Origin: Octopus vulgaris
Lineage: Eukaryota
DNA length: 64,000 nt
Reading direction: 5' to 3'
Assembly: GCA_951406725.2 (NCBI GenBank)
Contig: OX597820.1
Coordinates: 80,910,001 to 80,974,000, forward strand
A program made the translations under genes and the position numbers. Below, in pieces: positions 51,201 to 60,075 of this stretch. The notes beneath the pieces were generated by a model, which saw only the letters and a program-made list of their open reading frames with translations, was not told the DNA's origin and made no database searches. The number at the start of each line of letters is the position of its first letter. Positions within the stretch are counted from its first letter, which is position 1.

Positions 51201-51878
51201 AAGGTTTATTTCGGTTATAATGAAATTTGTATCTGACTGGTATAGCTTTAAATATTTTATCGACCCATAATGAAAGACTTATTCAATCTCGGTAAAAATT
51301 TCTGTGATTAAGTACTGCAAAATATAAAAATACATCGTTCTATTGAATCTACCACTCATAACTAAATAGTATATCACATTTTTATATAGTCATAACTAAA
51401 TAGTATATCACATTTTTATATACTGTCATAACTAAGTAGTATATCACATTTTTATATTGAAGTTTATTTGATTTGATTTTCTTTAATTTTGTTTTCATTT
51501 TCTTTTGTGTTTATTTTTTTAAAATTTTCTTTTATGTTTATTTTTTTTTTTTTCATTTTCTTTATGTGTATTTTATTTTCATTTTCCTTCCATCTTCAGA
51601 GTCGCTCTTTGAACGAACAAATGAGAGCATATTTCCATAACCTCAACGGTACTACGGGCGGTGGAGAAAGCAGTTTCGGAGAAACTCACAGTATGTCGCA
51701 AATGTCGGGCACAAGCAGGACAGAATATCAAGCTTTTACCGCAAGTCGAGAATCGTCTCAAGGAAGTGATAACACTAATGCCCATCGACCTGCAACTGAG
51801 AGGCATTCGACTACTTCTTCAGTTCGATCTGTTAACCGATCCGGTCCGGCTACTTTCTTTTCACAAAGAAAATACTAA
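87..51878 (+). CDS. 5'-incomplete multi-exon gene (29 exons in window): giant protein with 26 tandem ~58-aa helical repeats, a divergent dynein-MTBD-like/hillarin-type C-terminal domain and an S/T-rich tail
   Basis: All exons have AG/GT borders. Exons 1-26 are phase 1-1 with lengths divisible by 3 and no stops. Exon 27 is phase 1-0, exon 28 is 0-0, and exon 29 ends in TAA. Exon lengths sum to ~5.3 kb (~1,770 aa). The domain identity is inference from motif recall. Confidence 0.88.
653..826 (+). CDS. repeat exon 2 (type B, 174 nt)
   Basis: atag|..|gtcagc; [57 protein letters not shown]. Confidence 0.9.
1280..1453 (+). CDS. repeat exon 3 (type A, 174 nt)
   Basis: ttag|..|gtttgc; [57 protein letters not shown]. 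Confidence 0.9.
1967..2143 (+). CDS. repeat exon 4 (type B, 177 nt)
   Basis: ctag|..|gtcaga; [58 protein letters not shown]. Confidence 0.9.
2612..2785 (+). CDS. repeat exon 5 (type A, 174 nt)
   Basis: tcag|..|gttaga; [57 protein letters not shown]. Confidence 0.9.
3165..3338 (+). CDS. repeat exon 6 (type B, 174 nt)
   Basis: tcag|..|gttaga; [57 protein letters not shown]. Confidence 0.9.
3880..4053 (+). CDS. repeat exon 7 (type A, 174 nt)
   Basis: atag|..|gttaga; [57 protein letters not shown]. Confidence 0.9.
4379..4555 (+). CDS. repeat exon 8 (type B, 177 nt)
   Basis: ttag|..|gtttga; [58 protein letters not shown]. Confidence 0.9.
5358..5531 (+). CDS. repeat exon 9 (type A, 174 nt)
   Basis: ttag|..|gttagc; [57 protein letters not shown]. 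Confidence 0.9.
6020..6196. repeat. perfect 64-bp inverted repeat (fold-back) abutting a (TA)n tract
   Basis: 6020-6083 is the exact reverse complement of 6133-6196, with a 49-bp spacer. Confidence 0.92.
7514..7687 (+). CDS. repeat exon 10 (type B, 174 nt)
   Basis: gtag|..|gttaga; [57 protein letters not shown]. Confidence 0.9.
8020..10510 (-). mobile_element. decayed, internally deleted Penelope-like retroelement with diverged terminal direct repeats
   Basis: Minus-strand peptides [21 protein letters not shown]...[14 protein letters not shown] (PLE N-terminus-like), [13 protein letters not shown] and [15 protein letters not shown]. Direct repeat of ~8210-8310 at ~10413-10510 (tcatattag..cattc.ttaga..tattg.aatagat...acagatttagg.aactaaa). 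Ends approximate. Confidence 0.55.
11170..11290. repeat. (TAG)n and (CAT)n microsatellites
   Basis: Direct reading. Confidence 0.95.
11294..12135 (+). mobile_element. tRNA-derived SINE (Nin/Deu-domain-like) split by a MITE insertion
   Basis: Head ggcgacgagttggcagaatcgttagc...ctgagttcaaatt. It breaks at gacttatc (11453) and resumes as acttatcccctcccc...ccttgtgcc (~12091-12135). Confidence 0.75.
11454..12089. mobile_element. non-autonomous DNA transposon (MITE) with ~24-bp TIRs and an 8-bp TSD, Merlin-like
   Basis: Left TIR agatcttttctatttggctgcaaat; right TIR reverse complement ggatcttttctgattagctgccaat. Flanks gacttatc (11446-11453) and aacttatc (12090-12097). Superfamily inferred from the GG terminus plus 8-bp TSD. 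Confidence 0.7.
12135..12335 (+). mobile_element. Nin/Deu-domain-like SINE, 5'-truncated copy
   Basis: gttctgagttcaaattccgtcgaggtcgactatgcctttcatcctttcggggtcgatgaaataagtaccag; matches other copies in the window. Confidence 0.8.
12500..12673 (+). CDS. repeat exon 11 (type A, 174 nt)
   Basis: acag|..|gttagc; [57 protein letters not shown]. Confidence 0.9.
12925..13095 (+). CDS. repeat exon 12 (type B, 171 nt)
   Basis: ttag|..|gttcga; [56 protein letters not shown]. Confidence 0.85.
13443..13610 (+). CDS. repeat exon 13 (type A, 168 nt)
   Basis: gtag|..|gttaga; [55 protein letters not shown]. Confidence 0.9.
17295..17460. repeat. short fold-back element between (TA)n tracts
   Basis: atattgtataaatgatcgtgggtaa (~17332-17356) pairs with ttacccacgatcttttatacaatat (~17436-17460); inner pair aagaaaacaaata/tatttgttttctt. 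Confidence 0.7.
17471..17760. repeat. fold-back element with ~75-bp imperfect arms, same family as 61502-61760
   Basis: Arms ~17535-17609 and ~17682-17755; shared leader aaattagaaat.ttg.atttctaaat.tctcag. Confidence 0.8.
19018..19191 (+). CDS. repeat exon 14 (type B, 174 nt; TAGCAG tandem acceptor)
   Basis: tagcag|..|gtttgg; [57 protein letters not shown]. Confidence 0.87.
21640..21813 (+). CDS. repeat exon 15 (type A, 174 nt)
   Basis: polyT-atag|..|gtgaga; [57 protein letters not shown]. Confidence 0.9.
22896..23784 (-). mobile_element. mariner (DD34D-type) transposon, internally deleted and defective, inserted in (TA)n
   Basis: TIRs ttgggtcatcccataaataatacggttttt and aaaaaccgcattatttatgggatgacccaa, with TA flanks. 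Peptides [17 protein letters not shown]...QWIQKFRN and [18 protein letters not shown]. Confidence 0.9.
24535..24940 (+). mobile_element. RTE-clade non-LTR retrotransposon RT fragment
   Basis: [15 protein letters not shown]...[11 protein letters not shown]...[29 protein letters not shown]; degenerate RT motifs with an internal stop. Confidence 0.75.
25588..25646 (+). repeat. 4 tandem copies of a ~15-bp unit (aattcagcgc core) next to (TA)n
   Basis: acaattcagcgctaaataattcagcgctagataattcagcgcatagacaattcagcgc; possibly a transposon subterminal repeat. Confidence 0.75.
26870..27081 (-). mobile_element. diverged Nin/Deu-domain-like SINE
   Basis: Reverse-complement similarity to the 12135-12335 copy (ggcacaagg, catcgacc..agtact, atttgaact). 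Confidence 0.6.
27188..27361 (+). CDS. repeat exon 16 (type A, 174 nt)
   Basis: acag|..|gttagc; [57 protein letters not shown]. Confidence 0.88.
28000..28173 (+). CDS. repeat exon 17 (type B, 174 nt)
   Basis: ccag|..|gtaaga; [57 protein letters not shown]. Confidence 0.9.
29873..30046 (+). CDS. repeat exon 18 (type A, 174 nt)
   Basis: ctag|..|gttagt; [57 protein letters not shown]. Confidence 0.88.
31219..31395 (+). CDS. repeat exon 19 (type B, 177 nt)
   Basis: ccag|..|gttggt; [58 protein letters not shown]. Confidence 0.87.
33748..33921 (+). CDS. repeat exon 20 (degenerate type B, 174 nt; alternative in-frame donor after 33909)
   Basis: tcag|..|gtgggt; [57 protein letters not shown]. Confidence 0.72.
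34452..35406. repeat. long imperfect inverted repeat (~400-420-bp arms, ~135-bp spacer)
   Basis: 34452-34872 is the reverse complement of 35007-35406, e.g. gttgtttccaagcctaattaattccaaaacaaaa vs ttttgttttggaattaattaggcttggaaacaac. Confidence 0.92.
35663..35860 (+). CDS. repeat exon 21 (highly degenerate; 198 nt, or 180 nt from the acceptor at 35681)
   Basis: Open phase 1-1 frame ending ..[29 protein letters not shown]|gttagc. It keeps YPE and the family-typical GGAG|GTTAG end. Confidence 0.55.
36500..36593. repeat. imperfect palindrome/hairpin
   Basis: aactaactaatcga...gcgttagtcaaacaatcaat / tggttgtttaaccaacgc...tcgattagttagct. Confidence 0.65.
38533..39612 (+). mobile_element. Tc1/mariner superfamily DD37D (maT-type) transposase pseudogene
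   Basis: HTH region PGRKRSIHT...[17 protein letters not shown]; catalytic SDEKIF; IQD-(37 residues)-D ending [16 protein letters not shown]. Several stops and a frameshift; the 3' TIR is not seen. Confidence 0.85.
40550..40723 (+). CDS. repeat exon 22 (type B-like, 174 nt)
   Basis: aaag|..|gtaaga; [57 protein letters not shown]. Confidence 0.9.
41040..41700 (+). mobile_element. possible decayed Penelope-like element fragment (RT thumb region)
   Basis: [12 protein letters not shown]...[13 protein letters not shown] resembles the PLE pattern M..F..RGYP...IDR..AL; heavily degraded. Confidence 0.4.
42712..42885 (+). CDS. repeat exon 23 (type A, 174 nt)
   Basis: atag|..|gtaagt; [57 protein letters not shown]. 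Confidence 0.9.
43266..43498 (-). mobile_element. full-length Nin/Deu-domain-like SINE with a 15-bp TSD
   Basis: TSD tgcaatcatcatata at 43251-43265 and 43499-43513; tRNA-like head ggcggcgatctggcagaaacgttagc...gagttcaaattcc on the minus strand. Confidence 0.88.
43834..44007 (+). CDS. repeat exon 24 (type B, 174 nt)
   Basis: tcag|..|gtaagt; [57 protein letters not shown]. Confidence 0.92.
44880..45570 (-). mobile_element. decayed non-LTR retrotransposon RT fragment (R4/Dong-like)
   Basis: Minus-strand motifs [31 protein letters not shown] and FGFPKC, in RT order; frameshifted. Confidence 0.65.
45968..46141 (+). CDS. repeat exon 25 (type A, 174 nt)
   Basis: gtag|..|gtaagt; [57 protein letters not shown]. 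Confidence 0.92.
47278..47460 (+). CDS. repeat exon 26 (divergent, 183 nt)
   Basis: ttag|..|gtaaga; [60 protein letters not shown]. Confidence 0.88.
47918..48125 (-). mobile_element. Nin/Deu-domain-like SINE
   Basis: Reverse-complement match to the 12135-12335 and 43266-43498 family. Confidence 0.8.
48485..48774 (+). CDS. exon 27 (phase 1-0): last degenerate helical repeat plus start of the C-terminal domain
   Basis: acag|..|gtatgt; [42 protein letters not shown]...[31 protein letters not shown]. Confidence 0.88.
49910..50095 (+). CDS. exon 28 (phase 0-0; alternative in-frame acceptor at 49904)
   Basis: cagtcacag|..|gtaaat; [62 protein letters not shown]. Confidence 0.85.
51356..51458 (+). 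repeat. 3 tandem copies of a ~35-bp unit
   Basis: tcataactaaatagtatatcacatttttatata x3. Confidence 0.85.
51600..51878 (+). CDS. terminal coding exon 29 (Ser/Thr/Gly-rich tail)
   Basis: Long polypyrimidine tract then tcag|; [34 protein letters not shown]...ATFFSQRKY*. Confidence 0.85.
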   Translation, partial: SRSLNEQMRAYFHNLNGTTGGGESSFGETHSMSQMSGTSRTEYQAFTASRESSQGSDNTNAHRPATERHSTTSSVRSVNRSGPATFFSQRKY

Positions 51879-52207
51879 ACAAATTACGGCACTGATTCAA
51901 CTGGAAAATGATACCTTTTTGTTGTTCCTTTAATTTTGGTTTTCTATATTCACAATGATAGCAAGTACAAGGAATATATATTATTTGAACTAATATAACT
52001 TTTATATTCTCTTTTTAACCTTTTGCATATGTAAAGGTATAACTTTTTACTAAGCATTTAACCGCATTCCTTAAAATATATTCAGATCTACCATATCAGT
52101 TCATATATAAAGAGAAAGAAGCGAAACCCTACTTTCTCATATATTCTATAGAGAAGATAAGTTTTTATAAATTTGTTTTAGTAATAGATAATATTTCGAT
52201 TGTTGAA

Positions 52208-52213
52208 AATAAA
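52208..52213 (+). promoter_or_regulatory. candidate polyadenylation signal (a second at 52647-52652)
   Basis: AATAAA downstream of the stop codon; weak evidence in AT-rich DNA. Confidence 0.35.
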
Positions 52214-52877
52214 TATAAAAATTTCAGATTGTTTGGTTAAGAATTTTTGCAGTTTTCGCACTTCAAATAGTTAAAGTTTCGTAATATTCTATATATTTCA
52301 TATGTAAATGGCTTGTACCTAATATGACAGCAGTTACGCAAAGAAGCAGACTAACACAATTTAAAACAATATTATACATTTCTCTTATTTTTACAAACTT
52401 ACTTTTGTGATAAAAATGATTGTGGATACTGTTTCAAAATTACAAATTATTTGAAAGAAGGAAAACACTTGAACTGAAATTATTTGATGGTTATTGAACA
52501 GATATGGTAGATTTTTATATTAATCATAATTATTATAATAAATGATTTAAATTACGATAATTATATACCGAATATACTATTTCAAACCTTCAACATTTAT
52601 ATTTGTTTTCCATTTATTTGCTCAACTTATAAAAGTGCCTTCTCTGAATAAAGTTAAACCTGTATTGTTTTAAAAAAACGACTTCTAGTTATCAATTCGC
52701 AATGTTTAAGACAAACAGTATAAGAAAAGAGCAACAAACTTACCGGTGGAACTCACACTACACATTTAGCGAATATCATCCACTTACTGACTGGCAAACG
52801 ATATATAAATGGTATGTGTGTGTGTGTACACAGAGAGAGATAAAGTGTGTGTTAGATAGATATACACAGATATATAC

Positions 52878-53700
52878 AGCGGCCGGCACAGTTCCGCTAA
52901 TCCGCTAACTGCTAATTAGCGAAACTAACTTTTCATTTAATGGTCAGGCACGCTGTTGGATTACTACATGTACACGTGACAAGGCGTGATTGGTCGACGC
53001 AACAGCAGCTAGCTGAGCAGCATTGTGTAATTCTGCAGTTTTGAGTTGTGTTCACTTACGACGTTGTCACATTAGAGTGTCTTACAGTATCAGCAACAGC
53101 AGTGAACGTTATCAGCTTATCAAATTATCGCTTATAGTTATGGAAGGTGAAGACGTTTTTGTTCGGCTTGAGGATGAAGGGCCTGTTGAGGAGAGTGCAT
53201 TGACTGTGGGTGAGTCAGCTGTCGCTCAGGTTGAGAGCCAGGAGCCTCAGAACCCGTGGCTCTCACCTGGAGGTCTACTTTGTCCTTACGTCAAGGGATA
53301 AGAGGAACAGTAAAATCTTGTACTTCTGGTGCGTCATGTGCCAGCCCAAAGAGACCACCATCAAGGGACAAGTGGTGAGCCTCTGCAACTTGAGGTTGCA
53401 TGTCAAGGGAAAACACTCAAAGCATGCCATCCAATTTGAGGAGAGGAAACATAAGCAATCTTCTGGTAGCAGTGCCAGTAGCCAATCGTTGCAGCCATGT
53501 GCAAAGAAAGCATTGGCGAGGTGTTTGCCCAAACTGCTGGCACTCGCGTCCGTCAGTCTACGGTGGACAGAAGGAATGTAGACCTGTTTATAGACACTTT
53601 GTCGGCCTGATCGAGATGCTGAACCCTGGGCAGGATGATCTTAGCCAGCCATAAACAGCTGGAGGAGTATCTTACTAGGTATATATAAAAAGGAATTTAT
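52878..53700 (+). mobile_element. 5' fragment of a hAT-like DNA transposon (BED-finger-like region)
   Basis: Terminus cagcggccggcac followed by short cgctaa repeats; peptide HLEVYF...YFWCVMCQPK...NLRLHVKGKH (CxxC...HxxxxH); frameshifted and truncated. Confidence 0.6.
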
Positions 53701-53821
53701 TAATATTATGGAGTACTTCATATTTTCTTAATTTTGTTTCATTATTTAATTATTCATTTATAATAGAAGGAAGGTTTCTATGATAGTTTTGGGTTATCTT
53801 CTTCTTCAATAATAATTATTC

Positions 53822-56800
53822 TGTTGATTCAAGGAGCTGGAAATACGGAGAATGAAGTTCTCAGGCGGAGTAAATTCAATAACCGTTTATTCACAGGTGC
53901 TTCGTACAAGGGGTTTGCTTTCAGTAACCATCCTCACAACAGTGCGTAGTTAGCCTTCTCTCCCATACACGTGAGGTTCAATAACCTCTGGAGACAATGC
54001 ATGTGGTATCACATCGGGACAAAAGTCCGCTGTGAGCTCCTGGCTTCGAAGTCTTGCTCGGCGTCAGCGAGGGAAGAATGAGAGAGAAAATGTTATTGGC
54101 TTTCCCTAAAATAATGGTTGCAGGCGAGATCTCATTTTTGTGTCGCGTATGGCAATGGTTACAGGCGAGATCTCGTTGTTTCAAAATGGCGCTGACTTCT
54201 TTGTGTCTCGCTACAGGGGCTGCCCCTTGAGAACGCCAGTGCAAAAATAGAGAATAACTGGAGCAGGCACAAGAAAAGAGCAAAGATGGTAACCGATCAC
54301 AAACAAAAAGATTTGGTACAAAAATGTGATAAGTCAAAAAGAAAAATAATTGCAAGAAATATAATTTAGCATGCACAAAACTTGACAAAATGTTCAATGG
54401 CAGAGTATTGGAATTGTTCAGTAGCACAAGAAAGCAATTGCCTATCACAGGAAACACAAAAGAGATTGTCAGATATAAACAGTTCTGGTACTGCCTGTCC
54501 TGGTGACATAACGTTTGTTTGTGTTAGGTTGTGGCGACGAAGGTGAAGGTGTAGGTGATGGTGTGGTCAAAGGTGCATGTGCGGGTGGATGTATAGGTAG
54601 TTGTAAAGGATCAAAAGTGGGCGTGGCTGGCGTGTCATCGAAGGGTGTGGAAACCTCAAAATATGCCTTTTTAAGTCTGTCGACTGACACGGTCTCTGCC
54701 CGACCATTGATGTCGTGACTAAAACTTTTGGGTATGCGCGATAGCACACGAAACGATCCTTTATAGGGAGAAACGAGCGGTCCTCTGACAGAATCATACC
54801 GGCATGAGTCCACTTGTCAATATCCGGTAGGACGTGAGAGTGAATAGATTGGTCACGCGGATACATTGGTGAAAGACTTGAGAAATACGAGCGAAGTCTG
54901 GTGGCATACGACGTTGGATCGGGATGCTATGAATTGGCTGGTACTAACATTGTACCAGGAAGTGCCAAGGAAGTACCGTAAAGGAGTTCGGCAGAGGAGA
55001 AACCTAAGTCAGTCTTAACGGCAGTGCGACAACCGAGAAGAACGATAGGCAGAAATTCTCTCCAAGACTGTGGATCAGGAGTGGCGCGTAGAGCGGCCTT
55101 CAGTTGCCTGTGAAAACGTTGGACAATCCCGTTGGACGCTGGATGGTAGCTGGTCGTACAAATGTAATGAACACCTAAGATTCGTGATAATTCACGAAAT
55201 AAGGAAGCTTCGAAGTGGCGTCCACGGTCAGTGGTTATTTTAGCTGGAACACCAAAACGAGCAAACCAATTAGAAACGAAAGCTCGAGCAACTGACTCAG
55301 CGGAAATGTCCACTATTGGAATAGCTTCAGGCAAACGAGAGAAACGATCGACGCATGTCAATATGTAAGAGAAACCGCGACTGACAGGCCATGGTCCATT
55401 CAGATCAATGTGGACATGGCGAAAGCGAGTCTCCAGTGGAGAAAACTGTCCAAGAGGAGCGCGAATGTACCTGTGGATTTTAGAACGCTGGCATTTCACA
55501 CAAGAGCGTGTCCAAGCGGTGATCACACGGTGCATATTAGGCCAGAAAAACCGAGCCGTAATAAGCTTTACCGAAGTAGCGATGCCAGGATGTGACAGTG
55601 AATGCAAGGCATCAAAAACAGAACGCTGGTGGTTCGCAGGTACAAACGGTCTGGGAGTACCAGTAGCTGTGTCACAAAGGATTGTGCCTTCAGCAGACGG
55701 AAATGGAAAATAGGCAAACTTGCAACAGGACAACTTGGTAGAACTTAGATCCAATATATCCAGAGCTGGCTGATCCTGTGCAATGGCAGTTAAGTCGATT
55801 GCAGCAGGAGATGAAAGAGAACACACAGGGAGACGAGAGAGTGCGTCAGCAGGTACGTTCTCTGTTCCAGGTATATGTCGAAGGTCACTCGTGAACTGGG
55901 AAATATAGTCCAGGTGACGAAAAGCACGAGGTGAGTGTTTGTCCGATTTAGGTGACAGAGCAAACGTAAGAGGCTTGTGATCAGTATAAATCACAAAATC
56001 TCGGCCCTCGAGTTGAGGTTGAAAATGATGAACCGACAGGTAGATCGCTAAAAGTTCACGATCAAACGTACTGTAACGACGTTCAGTTGGGTTTAATTGA
56101 CGAGAAAAGAATGCCAAAAGTCGAGATTGATTATCGACGGTATGTTGTAAAACGGCACCGACCGCAGAGTCCGATGCATCAACTGTTAAAGAGAGACAGG
56201 CATCAGGAACCGGATGTGCAAGCAAAGGAACAGAAGTTATTTCCTTCTTGATTGACTCAAAAGAAGACAATGTCTCGGCAGATAGAGTGATACTCTTTTA
56301 CTTGTTTCAGTCATTTGACTGCGGCCATGCTGGAGCACCGCCTTTAGATGAGCAACTCGACCCCGGGACTTATTCTTTGTAAGCCCAGTGCTTATTCTAT
56401 CAGTCTCTTTTGCCGAACCGCTAAGTGACGGGAACATAAACACACCAGCATCAGTTGTCAAGCAATGCTAGGGCGACAAACACAGACACACAAACATACA
56501 CGCACACCCACATATATATATATACATATATACGACGGGCTTCTTTCAGTTTCCGTCTACCAAATCCACTCACAAGGCTTTGGTCGGCCTGAGGCTATAG
56601 TAGAAGACACTTGCCCAAGATGCCACGCAGTGGGACTGAACCCGGAACCATGTGGTTGGTAAGCAAGCTACTTACCACACAGCCACTCCTGCGCCTAGGA
56701 GTTTTTTTTTTTTGTATTTGCTTTCAGTAGTTGAGTCAAGGGGAGTAACTTGTCTGCACATTTATATATGAATCTCCTGTAGAAGTTGCCGATCCCCATG

Positions 56801-58690
56801 AGGTGACGCAGTTGGCATAGAGAAGTGGGAGGTGAGATGCGTTGAATTGCATCGACTTTGGAAGAGAGAGGTCGAATACCATTAGAGTTGATATAACGAC
56901 CAAGCAATTCCAGAGAGGTATGTCGGAAAACACACTTATTGGGGTTGATTTGCACATTGTAGGTGCGAAGACGCTGAAAAAGTTGAGATAAGTGTTGGAG
57001 GTGATTTTCACGCGTGTCGCTAGCTATGAGCAAATCATCGACGTAAGCGAAAACACAGTCAAGTCCATAGACAACTTCGTCAATAAACCTCTGGAATGTA
57101 CTCGTTGCATTCCGCAAACCAAAGCTCATAAACAGGAACTCGATACTTCCAAAAGGGGGTGATAACGGCAGTTTTTAGAAATATCGTCAGAGTTCATCGG
57201 AATCTGATGATAAACCCGGATGAGGTCAACCTTGGAAAAAATAGTACAACCATGCAAGTTTGAAAAAATATCTTGGAGATTCTTTATCGAATAGCGATCG
57301 GGAACAGTACCTGCATTCAAACGTCTGTAATCCCCCACCGGACGAAAATCTGAATCCCTTTTCCGTGCCAAATGAAGAGATGCCCAAGGGCTGGTGGGGG
57401 GGGGGCGAATAAGGCCGAGTTGAAGCATATGCTCAAACTCAGATCGAGCCTTTTTGAGCCACGAAAAACGGGTGGTCCAGAAGTAGTGATATAATGGAGA
57501 GTCGAGTGTGTGACTTTGACTGATTTGAAAGTCGGATCTATCAGCTCTGGGAAAGAAGCCAAACGAGAGTGGAACTGAATTCCAGCAGTGGCGACAAAAA
57601 ATGACTGGTTGAAAATAGCATTAGTAGTAACCCGAGTAGGCATAAACAAAGACGTAGAATCGTCCACGAGTCTCTGTCGTCGGACATCTACTAACAAGTG
57701 AAAGTGGTTTAAGACGTCCGCGCCCAGAATGGGGTATGGCAGATCTGCTATAACAAAAACCCATCTAAAATCCCTTCGAAGGTTGAGATCTAGGTTTAAT
57801 GAGACCTGACCGTAAGTTTTTATCGGGGATAGACTCACCGCGTGCAGGTTAATGACAGGTTGCTTCGTTAGACACACGATCCTTAACAAAGAATGCAGGA
57901 TGAGATGAAAAATTGCGGGAAGAAATTGACGTGCCCAAATCTTCCGCAATTCGTTCCCCGACAGCTTGAACAAACAGGGCTGGATGCATCAATGGGCTTT
58001 GTCCTTAAATCTGGCATGGTACCAGCAGAGACTGGAAACCGTTGGAGTAGAACTAGGCGACCGTGGATCAGAACGGCTTCTGCTGCGAGGACGACGAGAG
58101 CTAGCATCTTCTCGCCACAGCGTGTCCATGGGACGTGTTAATGCATCGACTTTCTCCAAAATGTCATGTGATGAAACAGGAGACTCTGTAGTAGCAGAGG
58201 AAGCTACTACGGGGTCCGAACAGGTATGGTGAGGTGCAGGCAGCACAGTAAACTCTATGATCTTATCCACCATGGTGGCTGTCTGATCGAGCGAATTGGA
58301 GTCGACTGTTGTGGCCAATATCGATTGGACATTCGGCGGCAGACGAGAGAAAAACAATTTCCTAAGCAGAGGATTGTCCTCAAATGGAGTGTCGCTAAGT
58401 CCTCGCAACCGACGAAGAAACTCAGATGGTGTCCTATTTCCCAGGTGTTCATCCTGCAACAGTGTCCGGAATTTACTCTCTGCGGATTGTGTGTTCCGAC
58501 GGAGAACCTCGGATTTGACGGACGTGTAAGTTGCGTCCGGATGTGGGTCAGTAATGAGGTCTTTCACTGAGCGTGCAACGAGGTAAAGGCATTCCACAGT
58601 AAAAAAAGGTTCAGTTGCTGTTGGTGAGGTACAGCATGGGCAGAAAAATATGCATCCAATTGAGCAAACCAAAGTAAAACGTCACCAGTC
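53822..58690 (-). mobile_element. Ty3/gypsy LTR retrotransposon, CsRn1-clade-like, defective
   Basis: gag 57989-58672 with CWYHARFKDKAH*CIQPC (CHCC motif). Protease remnant ILGADVL. RT 57428-56697 (DYRRLN, FGLRNA, YVDD). RNase H-integrase 56293-54927 (DAS, YSTFDRELLA, HxxxHPG..CxxC, TDRG, SNGIVQRFHR). C-terminal PYKGSF motif. LTR limits uncertain. Confidence 0.92.
56294..56696 (-). mobile_element. full-length tRNA-derived SINE inserted in the gypsy pol gene
   Basis: Head aggcgcaggagtggctgtgtggtaag (A box)...gggttcagtccc (B box); internal TA/TG microsatellite; second copy at 16950-17943. Confidence 0.88.
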
Positions 58691-59637
58691 TATGCGGGCA
58701 AGCTGGGAATACTCATCTTTTACAGAGGAAAGAAAGGAAAAAGGAAAAAAACTATGGGAATGTACAAAACTCTCACAGAGAAAAGGACCAATGAACCGAC
58801 AAAAGTGTTGTTGGAATAATAAATGTGCGTGCAGGAAAAAAATTTTCTTAAATCTTTTTTTTATTTTTTTGTACTGTGTGCAGAAAGGTAAAAAAAAATT
58901 TTCTTTTTTTTTTTTCTTTTTTAGTCGCTAAACCTGTGTTTACAGTCCGCTGAAAGAAAAATATTTGTTCCGTTTGTTTTTTTTTCAAGTAAACGAAAAA
59001 AGAGACGAAGAGAGAGAAGAAAAAATAGGCATAAAAGTTCACAGTTCAATTTTCCGATGTGGCAGAAATAAGTGCATAGGTGCAATCCTGCGTAGATCCA
59101 TGTGGGTTAAAGTCCTGATATTGTAAACATCCAGAATAGAGACACGAACATCTCAACGTTCAATAACGGAGGTGACTTATTAAATGGTAAAAGGAAAGAA
59201 AAGCACATTAATAGAAAGATGTAGATAGAGTGAGCGGGGAAGTTAAGGATTAGCTTCAGGATAAAGTAAGGTATATAAGCATATAGTGTCTCAGAATATA
59301 GTGTGCAGGGATAGCCGAGAAGATAAGAGAGAGGATTAGGAGGTAGAGGAAGGTAACGTAAAAAGGTGAACAAAATAGAGCAAAGTGAAAGGAATTTAAA
59401 GAGAATAGTAGGTGTCAGTGGTATTCTTCTAGTCTAGTAGTAAATGTTTGTGTCTGTTCTGGTTAAGGTCAGTGGCTGTAGAGTTATTTTTAGCAATGGG
59501 GTTATAGGGTATATAGGTAGTCGAGAGTCAGGAATTAGTTGAATGTTAAATTATTTAGGAGTGGAAGACACACTTAAATATTAAGGGATTTATTAGGTTA
59601 TGATTTTAAAATAAATTAAAGATAAATTAAAGAATTA

Positions 59638-59929
59638 ATATTGTTATATTAAGGAATGGTCATTTTGCCAGTTTAGCCAATAAAAACACATGCACTATAT
59701 ATTTGGTGTTACTTTGCTTCAGCGTTATCTATTTTTTACATTAATCTTAATCTTATTTCGGCCAGAGTTCTTTCGTCACACTCCTGTGACTGCATCAGAA
59801 CTCTGGCCGAAATAAGATTAAGATTAATGTAAAAAATAAATAACGCTGAAGCAAAGTAACACCAAATATATAGTGCGTGTGTTTTTATTGGCTAAACTGG
59901 CAAAATGACCATTCCTAAATACAACAATA
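59638..59929. repeat. near-perfect ~130-bp inverted repeat with a 25-bp spacer
   Basis: ~59638-59771 is the reverse complement of ~59797-59929; the spacer contains a gtcac..gtgac mini-hairpin. Confidence 0.9.
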
Positions 59930-60075
59930 TCTGTTTCAACACACGATTTTACATCAAAAATCTTGCAAAACAAATATATAAACGTAATAAAGAATTAATA
60001 TTTATGGCATAAAGTGATGAGGTAAGGTAGATAGAAGAGGTAAGGTAGATAGAAGAGGTAAAGTAGATAGAAGAG

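Noticed and set aside
25588-51458. Short direct-repeat clusters (25588-25646, 51356-51458) as CRISPR-like arrays
   Set aside because: No unique spacers, eukaryotic context, no cas genes
56600-56696. tRNA gene
   Set aside because: The A/B boxes belong to a SINE head that continues into the SINE body and is repeated at 17790-17943
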